Of a DNA stretch of 59,652 nt, positions 36,505 through 46,969 are shown one piece after another (position 1 is the first letter of the stretch; each line of letters opens with the position of its first letter). Under the pieces are notes generated by a model that saw only the letters and a list, made by a program, of their open reading frames with translations, searched no databases and was not told where the DNA came from. The DNA is from Candidatus Zambryskiibacteriota bacterium (lineage in GTDB: Bacteria; Patescibacteriota; Minisyncoccia; Phycocordibacterales; Zambryskibacteraceae): NCBI GenBank assembly GCA_016177225.1, contig JACOVQ010000002.1, positions 1-59,652 of the forward strand, written 5' to 3'. Made by a program: the position numbers and the translations under genes.

Positions 36505-37016
36505 ACTTTATATTGCGGGGTAAAATCAAGTTCGCCCTGAGGAACTTTCTCCAAGTCTATAAACATACAGTGTATGCACGGGAAGTATCTATATTTGAGG
36601 TAGCGTTTAGGATTATACGGCGCGCCGAAAAATGCAAGATTGTTTTTCTTCATATGTTTTACCACTTCCTCTATCCAATTGTTTCTGACAATGTAGAAAT
36701 CTGGGTCAAGAATAAGCGCGAATCTTGTCTTTACTTCCTGAATTGCGGTGTTTAGTCCAGAAGCATGGTGCTGGCTCGCCTTGGCTATGCCTTGAAAATT
36801 ATTCTCCATTCCTTTGATTACTTTTATATTCCCGGTTTCGCCTATGTCGAATCTATCTCCTTTTCCCTCTGGAGTATTTTCTACAATAACCCAGTTTACG
36901 GAAAAATTGGGGTTAATCTTTTTGATGAATTTGATGTTTGTCTCGATAAGAGAGCGGTGTCCATATGAGACAGTACAGATAGTTAAGGCGCCTAGAGTCT
37001 CGGGATAAATACTCAT
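36501..37016 (-). CDS. GT-A-like glycosyltransferase N-terminal part
   Basis: ICTVSY, VIVENT, HASGLN, LILDPDF (DxD). Confidence 0.6.
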   Translation of the reverse strand: MSIYPETLGALTICTVSYGHRSLIETNIKFIKKINPNFSVNWVIVENTPEGKGDRFDIGETGNIKVIKGMENNFQGIAKASQHHASGLNTAIQEVKTRFALILDPDFYIVRNNWIEEVVKHMKKNNLAFFGAPYNPKRYLKYRYFPCIHCMFIDLEKVPQGELDFTPQYKV

Positions 37017-37182
37017 GAATACATGCTAGAATAGCATAAAATTGCCTGAATATCGTGGATAAGCTAAAGACTGATGGAGAAAAAACCAAAGATACTTCTG
37101 GCTTTGGTTTTCAAAATAAGATTCTGATTGAAATATTATGAGATTTCCTTATAATTGCATCTAAAACTAATAAATATAAAAA

Positions 37183-37893
37183 ATGTGCCACGTAAGTTGT
37201 ATAATATTCGGAGCTAAAAGTCTATCTAAGGAGGAAATTGCCGGTAAAGAGGTGCTTGAAGCTGGGTCATATGATGTTAACGGCACCCTCCGTCCTCTCC
37301 TTGAATCTTATGGACCTAAAGAATATGTAGGCACGGATATTATGCATGGGCCTGGAGTAGACATTGTCTGTGACGCAGAAGACCTCGTAAAGCACTTTGG
37401 TGATAAGAAATTTGACGTTATTGTTTCTACTGAAATGCTGGAACACGCCAAAGACTGGCAACAGGTCATCTCCAACCTTAAAAACGTTGCGAAGCCAGGA
37501 GCTATTTTCTTGCTTACTACCCGATCGTACGGATTTGCTTACCATGCATATCCTCACGACTATTGGAGATACGAGAAAGAAGATATGGAAAATATTTTTT
37601 CAGATATGGAAATCTTGGATATTGAAAAAGACAAGATGGCGCCGGATATCTTCTTAAAGTTACGCAAACCTAAAAACTTTAAAGAGAGGAAACTGGGCGA
37701 TTACAATCTTTACAGTATTGTTACAGATACAAAAATAACTCATGTAAGCGATGGAGATTATAAAAATCCTTATTTTCATAAATTACGAATAAAGATGCAG
37801 GTTAATCACCTAATATATAAGGTGGAGAATACGCTAAAATCCCTTATTAAATTTCTCATAAGTTCTGGTAATAAAGCCGACTCTCTTTCCTAG
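37183..37893 (+). CDS. Class I SAM-dependent methyltransferase
   Basis: VLEAGSYDVNG, FDVIVSTEMLEH, HAYPHDYWRY. Confidence 0.88.
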   Translation: MCHVSCIIFGAKSLSKEEIAGKEVLEAGSYDVNGTLRPLLESYGPKEYVGTDIMHGPGVDIVCDAEDLVKHFGDKKFDVIVSTEMLEHAKDWQQVISNLKNVAKPGAIFLLTTRSYGFAYHAYPHDYWRYEKEDMENIFSDMEILDIEKDKMAPDIFLKLRKPKNFKERKLGDYNLYSIVTDTKITHVSDGDYKNPYFHKLRIKMQVNHLIYKVENTLKSLIKFLISSGNKADSLS

Positions 37894-37992
37894 CTCCAAA
37901 AACTGTCTAACCTTAGTAGACAGTCTTTTAACTAGGATATAGCTGAATCTCAATTGACAATCCAGTAACTCAAATCTTCTGATTTCAGATTA

Positions 37993-39360
37993 TTATAAAG
38001 AAAATCTTTTCACCAAATATTTCTTCGCATCCGTAGCCACATTCCTCATAAAAATTATATCCTCCTTATTGAATTTAAGCGCATCAACCCAGCTCGCAAG
38101 AAGGCGCGGTTCTGTGCTCTTAAGATAAATTGATATTGAGATTAACGCGACGATGAGCCAGATATAATTCTGTATAACCAATCCCCAGAGACCGAATATC
38201 GGCAATAGGATTATATAAAGAGGTATAACTACAAAGCTTTTCAAAACCTTTTGAAAAAATAGGAATTTCTGTCGTCGGAGAGAAATCAGAAAGGCTGAAG
38301 ACACAATAATTGCAGCATGCAACGGAAGGGTAAAGAGAAGAGCCTTAAAATACGGCAAGGAAACAAGATATTTGGCAAAGAAAGTGCTGACAATAAGCGG
38401 GATAACAAACAGGGATACAAGACCAAGCCCCAAAGATAAGGTGGCAAGATACTTTACTCCTCTCTCATATATTCTCCTCAATTTTTCTTCGTTGTCGGCC
38501 TCCATAGGTATAAGAGTGAGAAGTGTTTTAACCGGCAAGAGCCCAGCTAGAGTAGCTATGAGCATTTGGGCTATGGAGAAGATGGCTACAGCTTCGGTGC
38601 TGATAAACAGCTTAATGGCCCATGTCTCAAAGAAAGCCGTGAATTTATTGAAGACGGGTTCTCCTACTTCCCACTTGCCATAAGAGCGCAGTATTTTGAA
38701 TAAGAAATTTTCTTGAGATTTTATGACACTTCTCCACGAAGAATAGGACTCTCTAGCCGGCTGGAGAAGGAAAAATAAACTTATGAAAAGTGAGACGACC
38801 ATGGACACGACCACCACCCGCAGGTTCACTCGGTATAAAACCAGAGAAAAAATCAGTATTGCGAGCTGGCTAAATTTAGCAATGGACAACCTGCTTGCTA
38901 CAACATTGAATTTCTTTCTCATTTCAATAGGAATGGTTAGTACCGCCAGTAGAGCGTCATGGAGAAACACGAATGACATTATCCTTATAAGCAGGATAAA
39001 ATCCGGACCATACTTAAACGAAAGCAGGGGCGCAAGAAAGAAAACGGCAATCCATAAAGCTATTCCCGTGCACATTCTCAGAAGAAATAATTCATAAAAA
39101 AGCTTTTTTGCTTGAGAACTTTTGCCCTCGGATTCAAACCTGATTATGTCGTTGCGCAATACTCCACCGCCTACATGCAATAACACAGACGCTCCCGCGT
39201 AAGAAACCAAAAGAAGTTGGAAAGACCCATACTCATACAGAGTAAGGGCTGTTATGACTATAAATGTGTTGGCCGCCGCTACGCCCCTCGCGACGAGATT
39301 CCAAAAACCATAGGAAGCTTCGCCTTTCAGATAGCTTTTCAGGAAAGAATTATCGCTCAT
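37993..39360 (-). CDS. Oligosaccharide flippase (Wzx family)
   Basis: About 12 TM helices in a glycan locus. Confidence 0.75.
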   Translation of the reverse strand: MSDNSFLKSYLKGEASYGFWNLVARGVAAANTFIVITALTLYEYGSFQLLLVSYAGASVLLHVGGGVLRNDIIRFESEGKSSQAKKLFYELFLLRMCTGIALWIAVFFLAPLLSFKYGPDFILLIRIMSFVFLHDALLAVLTIPIEMRKKFNVVASRLSIAKFSQLAILIFSLVLYRVNLRVVVVSMVVSLFISLFFLLQPARESYSSWRSVIKSQENFLFKILRSYGKWEVGEPVFNKFTAFFETWAIKLFISTEAVAIFSIAQMLIATLAGLLPVKTLLTLIPMEADNEEKLRRIYERGVKYLATLSLGLGLVSLFVIPLIVSTFFAKYLVSLPYFKALLFTLPLHAAIIVSSAFLISLRRQKFLFFQKVLKSFVVIPLYIILLPIFGLWGLVIQNYIWLIVALISISIYLKSTEPRLLASWVDALKFNKEDIIFMRNVATDAKKYLVKRFSL

Positions 39361-39405
39361 TTAATTGGCCCAATATATCAAAAATTGGGCTATAATGCAC
39401 TGAAT

Positions 39406-40293
39406 ATGAAATCGCCGCTGACGTTGAGCATAGTTACCGCAACCTACAACCAATCTAAATATATAAGCCAATGCATCAAGAGTGTCATCTCACAAGAAGG
39501 TAATTTTTATATTGACTACATAATTATCAACGATGGCTCCACGGACGATACTGCCTCCGTCATTGAAAAATACGATGTGACTTTGAAAAATGGACAGTGG
39601 CCTGTTAAATGCATGGGCGTAGAATACCGATTCGTACATCGCCAGAACGGGGGTCAAGCAAGCGCTCTTAACGACGGGTTTAGAATGGCTCACGGCGATA
39701 TTTTTGCCTGGATGAACTCCGATGACTACTACCTTCCGGGAGCGTTCCAAGTTGTTGCCAAAGTTTTTGAAGAAGACCCTGAACTAGATTTCATCTACAC
39801 AGATTGCCTGAAGATATATGCGAACGGACGGCCCTCCAGTATAGAGCCGCGTCCCCGACCGAATGAAACCTTCGAAAGCATTCGCACCCGCGGAAGCTCT
39901 TTTTCTCTCAATTTTTTTACCAAGCACATTTTAGAAAAGACGGGTTATTTGAACGAATCTCTGAAATATTGCATTGACCTTGACCAGTGGTACCGCATTT
40001 TTCAAGTAGCCAAAGTAAAGTATGTACCATATACAGCCGGTGCCTTTAGATGGCACCCGCTTTCAAAAACAGCCACTAGCCAGAAAAAGTTCGCTGAAGA
40101 AAGGGGAATTTTAGCCAAAAGATACGGCGGCAACATTATACCATCAAGAAAGATATATAAATTTCGCGGCAAAATGAAAATTCTTGATGTTATGAAACAG
40201 AGATTTCCAAAAATATACGGCGTATTGAAAAAAATATTCTACAAAATAGTAGACTCTTTTAAATACCGTAATAATCCTTCATCCAATCTATAG
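39406..40293 (+). CDS. Glycosyltransferase family 2
   Basis: SIVTATYN, INDGSTD, NGGQASALN, WMNSDD; TATAAT 9 nt upstream of this ATG. Confidence 0.9.
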   Translation: MKSPLTLSIVTATYNQSKYISQCIKSVISQEGNFYIDYIIINDGSTDDTASVIEKYDVTLKNGQWPVKCMGVEYRFVHRQNGGQASALNDGFRMAHGDIFAWMNSDDYYLPGAFQVVAKVFEEDPELDFIYTDCLKIYANGRPSSIEPRPRPNETFESIRTRGSSFSLNFFTKHILEKTGYLNESLKYCIDLDQWYRIFQVAKVKYVPYTAGAFRWHPLSKTATSQKKFAEERGILAKRYGGNIIPSRKIYKFRGKMKILDVMKQRFPKIYGVLKKIFYKIVDSFKYRNNPSSNL

Positions 40294-41212
40294 TGCGCTT
40301 GACGCCATCCTCCAAACTGACGGTAAGCTTGTGGCCAAGGTCTTTGATTGCTTTGGAAATATCAACCTTCTTGGATTTAGTGGTTAAGATTTCCGTGTCT
40401 TTATAATTGATGAGGCTTTTGTCTGCGCCGGTATAGTCCCAAATGATATTAACCAGTTTTTCAATATCATGATACTCCAGACCTCCTATATTGTAGACCC
40501 TGCCAGATTGAAAGTTGTCGACTATATTGGAAAGGGTCCTGCATGTATCTTCAAGGTAAGTAGAAGTTCTATAATGGCCTTTGTAGACTGTCACGGGGAG
40601 ATTATGAAGGGCATGGTAGCAAAATTTGGCGTTGACACTCCGATAAGGATGGTACCATTCGCCCGGTCCATACGTATTAAACATGCGTACAATTACTGAT
40701 TCTGTCTCATGTTGGATTATTGAGTTCCGTATCTGCATCTCATTCACCCATTTAGACATGGCGTAATCATTCATCTGTTTAACTTCTACTCTGTCCATAA
40801 CATCTTCCGACATCACATCTTCGTAGTCGCCATATACTTCAGAAGAGGAGAAATGTATCAGTTTAAATCTATACCTTTCCTGCAAACGGATAACATTTTT
40901 GGTTCCGATGGCGTTAGACTTCCAAACCTGTTCGTAGTAATCTTCTCCATTCCAGCGTCCGAATTCCGCCGCCGTGTGATAGACAAAATCAAACGGACCA
41001 GCTTTTTCAAAGATTCTCTCAAGTTGACGGAATTCGGAAACATCGCATCTGGCGTAGGTAAAATCAGTTTTCGTCATTTCATGCTCAAAACCGATTTCGC
41101 CAAATCCGTGCTCAAGATCAATGCCGAAAACAGAATGCCCTTTATCCCGAAGCATTTTTACCAGGCACGAGCCGATGACGCCCTTGCTGCCGGTAACTAA
41201 AATTTTTGCCAT
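40259..41212 (-). CDS. NAD-dependent nucleotide-sugar epimerase/dehydratase
   Basis: TGSKGVIG, SSSEVYG, YAMSK. Confidence 0.9.
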   Translation of the reverse strand: MAKILVTGSKGVIGSCLVKMLRDKGHSVFGIDLEHGFGEIGFEHEMTKTDFTYARCDVSEFRQLERIFEKAGPFDFVYHTAAEFGRWNGEDYYEQVWKSNAIGTKNVIRLQERYRFKLIHFSSSEVYGDYEDVMSEDVMDRVEVKQMNDYAMSKWVNEMQIRNSIIQHETESVIVRMFNTYGPGEWYHPYRSVNAKFCYHALHNLPVTVYKGHYRTSTYLEDTCRTLSNIVDNFQSGRVYNIGGLEYHDIEKLVNIIWDYTGADKSLINYKDTEILTTKSKKVDISKAIKDLGHKLTVSLEDGVKRTIDWMKDYYGI

Positions 41213-41251
41213 GAGTTTGAGAATAGCACATTATTTCCTGATAAAAAAGAA

Positions 41252-41274
41252 GAGGCGTCCTGTTTGGACGCCTC
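41252..41274. terminator. Terminator of the radical SAM gene
   Basis: gaggcgtcc-tgttt-ggacgcctc with A/T tracts on both sides. Confidence 0.7.
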
Positions 41275-41292
41275 GGTTTTTTGAGGAGAAAC

Positions 41293-43233
41293 CTAACTCC
41301 ATGTTGCTGGCTCGACGGCGCGGCTGTCGCGCCTGCCAAACCAGATGACCTGTCTTGCGAACTCTTCCTTATCGCTTCGATAGTCCGTCCTCTCCACACG
41401 GACAGTCTGCTTTCCTTCTTTGAGAGTTGCCGGTTTGTCGAGAAGGATGTTCTTGAAATATTCGGGAACAGTGTGCAAAAACTCGAACGCCGATTGCCGT
41501 AGTACCGGCGCCGCTATGCGAGCGTACTGATACTTAAAAACCTCGTTAAGCTCCCGGAGCGGCACCATAACGCCCCGTTCTTCTAGAAAACTCTGCGTCA
41601 ACCCTTTGAACTCTTGATAGAAGTTCTCAAAGTCGCCGGACAGACGAAGAAAAGTTGCTTCTTCGACCTGCCATGAGATCTTGCCGTATTCCGGAAGGAA
41701 GACACACTGGGGTTTCCCAGTCATGATTCCTTCCAGATACTCGGCGTAACGGTTTAGTTCCCGAGAAAAAATCGGGAACCGATTGGTGTCCGTGCCGTTC
41801 GCGATTAAGTACTCGAAAAGTTCCGTGTACTTGAGGCCGAACTCGCGGAAGAGATAGAGCGAAACAAAGAACCCAAGTTTCAGACCGTGGAGTGTTTGGG
41901 CCATCCACATGAGAGTCGCCGACCTCCTCCATTCAGGATGGGGCATTGATCTCGTGGCCACCACAACATCTTCATATTCGGCCACTTCGCCCGGACGGCG
42001 TTTCGAGGCGTGGGTTTCCACGAGTTCGATGCACCGCGTTTCTATCCCATGCAATTTCACATATTCCGGATCATACATAGGAGTGTTGGGAAGAACCTGG
42101 CATAAAAAGATTCCCACCTGGTCATAGAGACCAGCTTGGAAAACTTCTTCAATCCCCTTTTTGAACGACTCGTAGGTCTCGCCCGGAAGCCCGAGAATGA
42201 GCTCGGTATAGACGCGGATGCCATCGCGTCTATAGAGTTTGAGCAGCTCGCGGTAGGTATCCACCTTGATGTTATCTCGGTGGATAATTTTGAGCGTGTC
42301 AGGATCAGTACTCTGAAACGAGAGAGTGACTCCCGTTGTCAGATGATTTGTTTCGAGAATCTGCGCCACTTCGTAAATCCTGTCGGTGGCGTTCTTGCCG
42401 TAACAAACCCGGAACGAGCGCGGATGCGAGTAGCGGCGCTTAACTTCAGCAAACATTTCCGCGATTTCCTTGTCTCTCGGGAACATGCCGAAGTTGGCGT
42501 CGGCGCCGAAGACGAAAGAGATTTCTTTCTCGCCAAGCCATTCAATCTCGCGCGCTAAGCGTTCGAAGTTGAAGAAGCGCACTTTGGTAATAGAGTTGCC
42601 CCAAGCGCAGAAACTGCAATGAAACGGGCAGCCTCTGTTTGTTTCGAAAATAACCTGGAACTCCATATCGCCACGCCGTTCAAGCGCTCTGTCATAGAGA
42701 CCGGAAAGATACGGCGACGGCAGGAAATTGATATCGACAAGCGGACGATCTGGTGTGCGGACTATACGGCCGGTACTCCGGTCACGGAAAACGAGACCCC
42801 TTACCGTTGAGAAATCGCGACTCGTGATCAAGGTTTTGAGTACTTCGGCAAACGTTATTTCGCCTTCGCTCAAAACAGTTATGTCCACAAATGGGTGTTC
42901 TTTCAGAAACAGTTCGGCTCGATGATCGTCCGGAACATGTGGTCCGCCGAAGACAATGAGCGAATCCGGGAATCGCTCGCGAGCGAGGCGGGCCAGAACC
43001 AGATTAAGCTCGTGGTTCCACATAGATGACGAGAACGCCAGAACCGATGGATTGTCCCATTCGTCAGCAATTTTCTCTGGCTCTTTGCGAATAAACTGAA
43101 ACTGACTGAAGTGGAAATGTTCCACTACTTCGGGTACTCCAACTGCATAAGCTTGGAGCATCCCGGAAACATTGGGCAAATACACTTTCTTGTCCATGAG
43201 GATGTTGAACTCATGCAATTGGATATTCTTCAT
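41293..43233 (-). CDS. Cobalamin-binding radical SAM protein
   Basis: IVFGGPH...EGEITF (B12-binding), ETNRGCPFHCSFC, LGLPGET. Confidence 0.9.
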   Translation of the reverse strand: MKNIQLHEFNILMDKKVYLPNVSGMLQAYAVGVPEVVEHFHFSQFQFIRKEPEKIADEWDNPSVLAFSSSMWNHELNLVLARLARERFPDSLIVFGGPHVPDDHRAELFLKEHPFVDITVLSEGEITFAEVLKTLITSRDFSTVRGLVFRDRSTGRIVRTPDRPLVDINFLPSPYLSGLYDRALERRGDMEFQVIFETNRGCPFHCSFCAWGNSITKVRFFNFERLAREIEWLGEKEISFVFGADANFGMFPRDKEIAEMFAEVKRRYSHPRSFRVCYGKNATDRIYEVAQILETNHLTTGVTLSFQSTDPDTLKIIHRDNIKVDTYRELLKLYRRDGIRVYTELILGLPGETYESFKKGIEEVFQAGLYDQVGIFLCQVLPNTPMYDPEYVKLHGIETRCIELVETHASKRRPGEVAEYEDVVVATRSMPHPEWRRSATLMWMAQTLHGLKLGFFVSLYLFREFGLKYTELFEYLIANGTDTNRFPIFSRELNRYAEYLEGIMTGKPQCVFLPEYGKISWQVEEATFLRLSGDFENFYQEFKGLTQSFLEERGVMVPLRELNEVFKYQYARIAAPVLRQSAFEFLHTVPEYFKNILLDKPATLKEGKQTVRVERTDYRSDKEEFARQVIWFGRRDSRAVEPATWS

Positions 43234-43280
43234 CTAATTTCTACCTCTTTTTCTTCCGTGAAAGATCTAAGATTCTACGA

Positions 43281-44417
43281 TTAGACTACCTTATAAAGCT
43301 CATCAAAAGCAAGGAGCACTTGAGAAACGCTTATGTTTTCAAGGGCTTTCCGGGCAAGATAAGCAGGACCGAATGCTTGAAAAGCAAATATGGTAGAGGG
43401 TATTTCTGGATTCGGTTTTATTATTTTTATATTACCGTCTCTGGGAGTAAGCTCTATATCATTTACCGGCCCAAGAATATCTATAAGCGGAACGCCTAGA
43501 GCATGAGCAATATGCGTCGGCCCGGTATCTACTGATATAAATACTGAAAAATTTTTCATCAGAACCACAAGTTCTTCGAGACTCAAGCCGGCCGCGTCTA
43601 TGTATTTGCTGCCAGAGCCTAATTTCCTCACAAAATTGCCGACTCTCTCTTTCTCATAAAAGGAGCCGATAAAGGCTATCTTTATAGGATACTTCTTACT
43701 TATCTCTCTAGCCAAAGATTCAAACTTGTCATCTCCCCATTCTTTTACATTATTACCTGCGGTCAAGCTGATACCAATCAATTTATCTTTTTCCATTACT
43801 CCATTAGTTGCCAGAAACTTTTTCATCTTCGCCTCCGCCTCGTAGCCAGCATAGATTTCTTTAGTGTAATTCTCATTATCAATACCTAAATGTCGCAGCA
43901 TCTTGAGATAAAAAAGCGGTAGATAAGTCAGCTCTTTATATTCTTCCTTGAAGTTCGTCATCCAGTCTGAAAGCGCTTCTGCCAAAGACTTGTTGGGCCT
44001 AGTGATTTTTAAGCGGTTTGGTATGAGGCTTAAGAAAAACAGGGTTGAGCTTAAAGCTGTTCCAGAAAGCGAGACTCCCCATTTGAAGTTTCCTCTTCTT
44101 ATCTTTCTAACTAATTCCGGGAATTTGTGCCAATAATCCTCAACAATGATAATCTCGTCTACCCTTGGATTATTCTTTAAGACCCCTGCTGCCATGCTAG
44201 AAACTATGACCGTAATCCGGCTTTCAGGGTATTTTTCCTTAATGGCTCGGAACACTGGGGTGGAGCAGACTATGTCCCCGATTCTTTTAAACTGAGGGAT
44301 GACAAGGATATTGTTTTTCTCGCTTTTTCGCAGCCAAATCATAAAGTAAATAATAGGAGAAAAAACTATCGATATTAAGGTAAATACTCTGGTGTAAAAA
44401 GATTGAACTTTATCCAT
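43281..44417 (-). CDS. Glycosyltransferase family 9 (heptosyltransferase-like)
   Basis: RIGDIVCSTPVF, KEW, DTGPTHIAHA. Confidence 0.88.
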   Translation of the reverse strand: MDKVQSFYTRVFTLISIVFSPIIYFMIWLRKSEKNNILVIPQFKRIGDIVCSTPVFRAIKEKYPESRITVIVSSMAAGVLKNNPRVDEIIIVEDYWHKFPELVRKIRRGNFKWGVSLSGTALSSTLFFLSLIPNRLKITRPNKSLAEALSDWMTNFKEEYKELTYLPLFYLKMLRHLGIDNENYTKEIYAGYEAEAKMKKFLATNGVMEKDKLIGISLTAGNNVKEWGDDKFESLAREISKKYPIKIAFIGSFYEKERVGNFVRKLGSGSKYIDAAGLSLEELVVLMKNFSVFISVDTGPTHIAHALGVPLIDILGPVNDIELTPRDGNIKIIKPNPEIPSTIFAFQAFGPAYLARKALENISVSQVLLAFDELYKVV

Positions 44418-45501
44418 TTCTTTGTAGGAATTCTATGATTTTCCTTGCTTTATTTTCCCACGTAAATTCTTTTAGTTTTTCATATGCCAATGTGGCCTTC
44501 TCTGAAACTTCTCCCAGATTCTCTTCAGAAATCACATATTTTATAGTGTCGGCTAGGCTCACTTCACTATCTGGAACAAATGTAAATCCACAATCTTTTA
44601 AGATTTCTTCAGTCAAATCAAGTTTTGAATAAACAATCGGTTTTTCGGCCGCCATATATTCATACACTTTCATGGGAAAGCCGTAATTCCTGAAATGCGG
44701 CCTGTCAGGATAAGGGATAACCAAGACATTCATCGCTTGTTCAATATTAAATATTTCTTTTTGATCAGGTATTTTTTCTATAAAGATACACTGATTGCGA
44801 ACCCCTATCTCTCCGGCAAGAGTCTCGTATGCAGAAACTTCATTTTTCTTACCCCCGACAAAAACCATAAGCGTATCTTGATTTAAAAATTTTAAAGAGC
44901 GAATCATTATATCAATTCCTTTTTCCATACCCATAGTTCTGAATAAGCCAATATAACCTATAAGAACTTTGTCGGTGGGAATACCGTACTTCTTTTTTGT
45001 CGCAGATGAATCTACATTGCCAAAATCGGCAAGATTTACGCCGCCGTAAACAACCAGCGCTTTTTCGCTTGGCACTCCTATTTCCAAAAGCGACTTCTTG
45101 AGCTTCTCTGATGTCGTAATCAAACTATCGCTGTTTTTAGATATAAAACGATCTTTCCAATCGTCATGGAGCATGTGCCAATCAGACGTAATCCTGAATT
45201 TAAGAGAAAAAAGTTTTTTCCAAAAAATAACAATCCATAAAAGATGGGGGTCGCTCGCGAACAAAACTGTTTTGTTGTCAGTCTTTACCTTAAACAAAAG
45301 AAAGTATGGCAGCCAGAAGAAATAACCAAGATAAGGGATGACAAAGTGAAAGAATCCCGCACCGTTCAAACGAAAATTGAGATTAACAAGCTGATACCGA
45401 TTACCTAAGATTTTTGCAAACTGTTTTGTAAGACTCGAAATGTATATACTGTCAGCGCTAAGAGACTCGAATCTTTTGGCTGTTAAGTGTATGAGCTTCA
45501 T
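44410..45501 (-). CDS. Glycosyltransferase family 4
   Basis: KGID, FPMKVYEYMAA. Confidence 0.88.
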   Translation of the reverse strand: MKLIHLTAKRFESLSADSIYISSLTKQFAKILGNRYQLVNLNFRLNGAGFFHFVIPYLGYFFWLPYFLLFKVKTDNKTVLFASDPHLLWIVIFWKKLFSLKFRITSDWHMLHDDWKDRFISKNSDSLITTSEKLKKSLLEIGVPSEKALVVYGGVNLADFGNVDSSATKKKYGIPTDKVLIGYIGLFRTMGMEKGIDIMIRSLKFLNQDTLMVFVGGKKNEVSAYETLAGEIGVRNQCIFIEKIPDQKEIFNIEQAMNVLVIPYPDRPHFRNYGFPMKVYEYMAAEKPIVYSKLDLTEEILKDCGFTFVPDSEVSLADTIKYVISEENLGEVSEKATLAYEKLKEFTWENKARKIIEFLQRNG

Positions 45502-46091
45502 TATTTGATGGCGTAGATATAATAGCCAGAAGTGGTAGTCCTATTTTCCGTCTTAAATAATGTATCCAAAAAGTTTGCGGTAGGGTCAATAAGAAATCTC
45601 AATTTGTGCTGAAACGGAATAAAAAAGGAAAGCGCTTTAAAATATCCGCCCCTTTTTTGTACTTCAACTCTCGAGAAATCTTTGAAAAGTAATTTAACGG
45701 CATCTCCAAAGAATCTCCAGTAATCAAGATAATGCCCTGCACGAGCGTGGTACGGATATATAGAAGGAATATGAACAAATATCTTCCCGCCAACCCTTAA
45801 AATCCTGTAAAGCTCTTTTATCGCGACTGAAGGATTTTCCACATGCTCTAACACACAATTGCAGATAACCGCATCAACAGACTCTTCTCCCAGAGGAATG
45901 CTAAGAATATCGCCGACAATGTCAGCGCCGGTTGATTCGTCATAGTCGAATGTTTTATATTCGCAATCTTTAAACAAATGCTTATATGTCGAAAGCCATT
46001 TACCAAAACGCTCTCCACCCCCTATATCCAATACGGTTTTCTCTTTCGCTATTTCCGCTATCTTTTCGTTTATAAATTTATTGTATTTCAT
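45501..46091 (-). CDS. Class I SAM-dependent methyltransferase
   Basis: VLDIGGG, VLEHV, YH...DYWRF. Confidence 0.88.
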   Translation of the reverse strand: MKYNKFINEKIAEIAKEKTVLDIGGGERFGKWLSTYKHLFKDCEYKTFDYDESTGADIVGDILSIPLGEESVDAVICNCVLEHVENPSVAIKELYRILRVGGKIFVHIPSIYPYHARAGHYLDYWRFFGDAVKLLFKDFSRVEVQKRGGYFKALSFFIPFQHKLRFLIDPTANFLDTLFKTENRTTTSGYYIYAIK

Positions 46092-46969
46092 AATTCTTTC
46101 TTTAATTTATCCATGAGAACCTTGAGACTGTACGCTTCCAAATTTAGATTTTTAACATCAGGATTTTTAACGAACAATTTAGCTCCGCAGGCATGAGCTT
46201 CAAAAATCGTTTTATCGAAACTGCCGATTGGAGTAAAATTGGCATAAATTTCGTGTGATTGGTAAAGCCTTCGTGCTTCTTCTTGAGTCACCGGACCAAG
46301 AAATTTAATTTTGTCATTTAGATTGAGCTTAACTTGTTCTCCATACTCTTTGTCTGTTGGCAATATTGGTCCGGCAATAGTCGCCTGACATCCATTTTCT
46401 TTCACCCAATCTATAAATTCTAAAACTTTTTTAACGGGAGAAATTCGCCCCAAGAAAAGAACTGCATTTGGAATCCTCACAACACTTGAATCTGGCTTGA
46501 AGAAATCTGTATCAATCCCCACTGGCATTTGCACTGATTTTTTGAAGCGAGCAGTGTACGAGCTTGGCGAAGTATAGAAAACTTTATTAGACACAAGCAC
46601 AGCAAATCTCGTCCAGAGATTGCCTTTAGCATGGTTGCGCCAAAGATAAATCTTTTTGCCCCATAATTTCCAAAATTTCCAACCAAGCAATACATATTCC
46701 TGATTCATATGGATAAAGACGGCATCATAGTTTTTTCTCTCAGACCAAATATATTTGTAGAAATTCAGAATATAGCCTAATTTCGAAGCTTTTCTTTCTT
46801 TTCCTAACGACAGAACCTTAATATTACTTGGCAAATTATACTCGCCTTTTTCAAGACAAATAACTGTCACTTTTTCAAAATTTTTCACAAACTCTTCCAG
46901 CCATCGATGGAAAAATCCAAGTATTGGATCATTCTTATCCACTTTCTGCGTAATGATGAGCAATCTCAT
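46088..46969 (-). CDS. Glycosyltransferase family 4 (compact)
   Basis: GRISPVK, SFDKTIFEAHACG. Confidence 0.82.
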   Translation of the reverse strand: MRLLIITQKVDKNDPILGFFHRWLEEFVKNFEKVTVICLEKGEYNLPSNIKVLSLGKERKASKLGYILNFYKYIWSERKNYDAVFIHMNQEYVLLGWKFWKLWGKKIYLWRNHAKGNLWTRFAVLVSNKVFYTSPSSYTARFKKSVQMPVGIDTDFFKPDSSVVRIPNAVLFLGRISPVKKVLEFIDWVKENGCQATIAGPILPTDKEYGEQVKLNLNDKIKFLGPVTQEEARRLYQSHEIYANFTPIGSFDKTIFEAHACGAKLFVKNPDVKNLNLEAYSLKVLMDKLKKEL

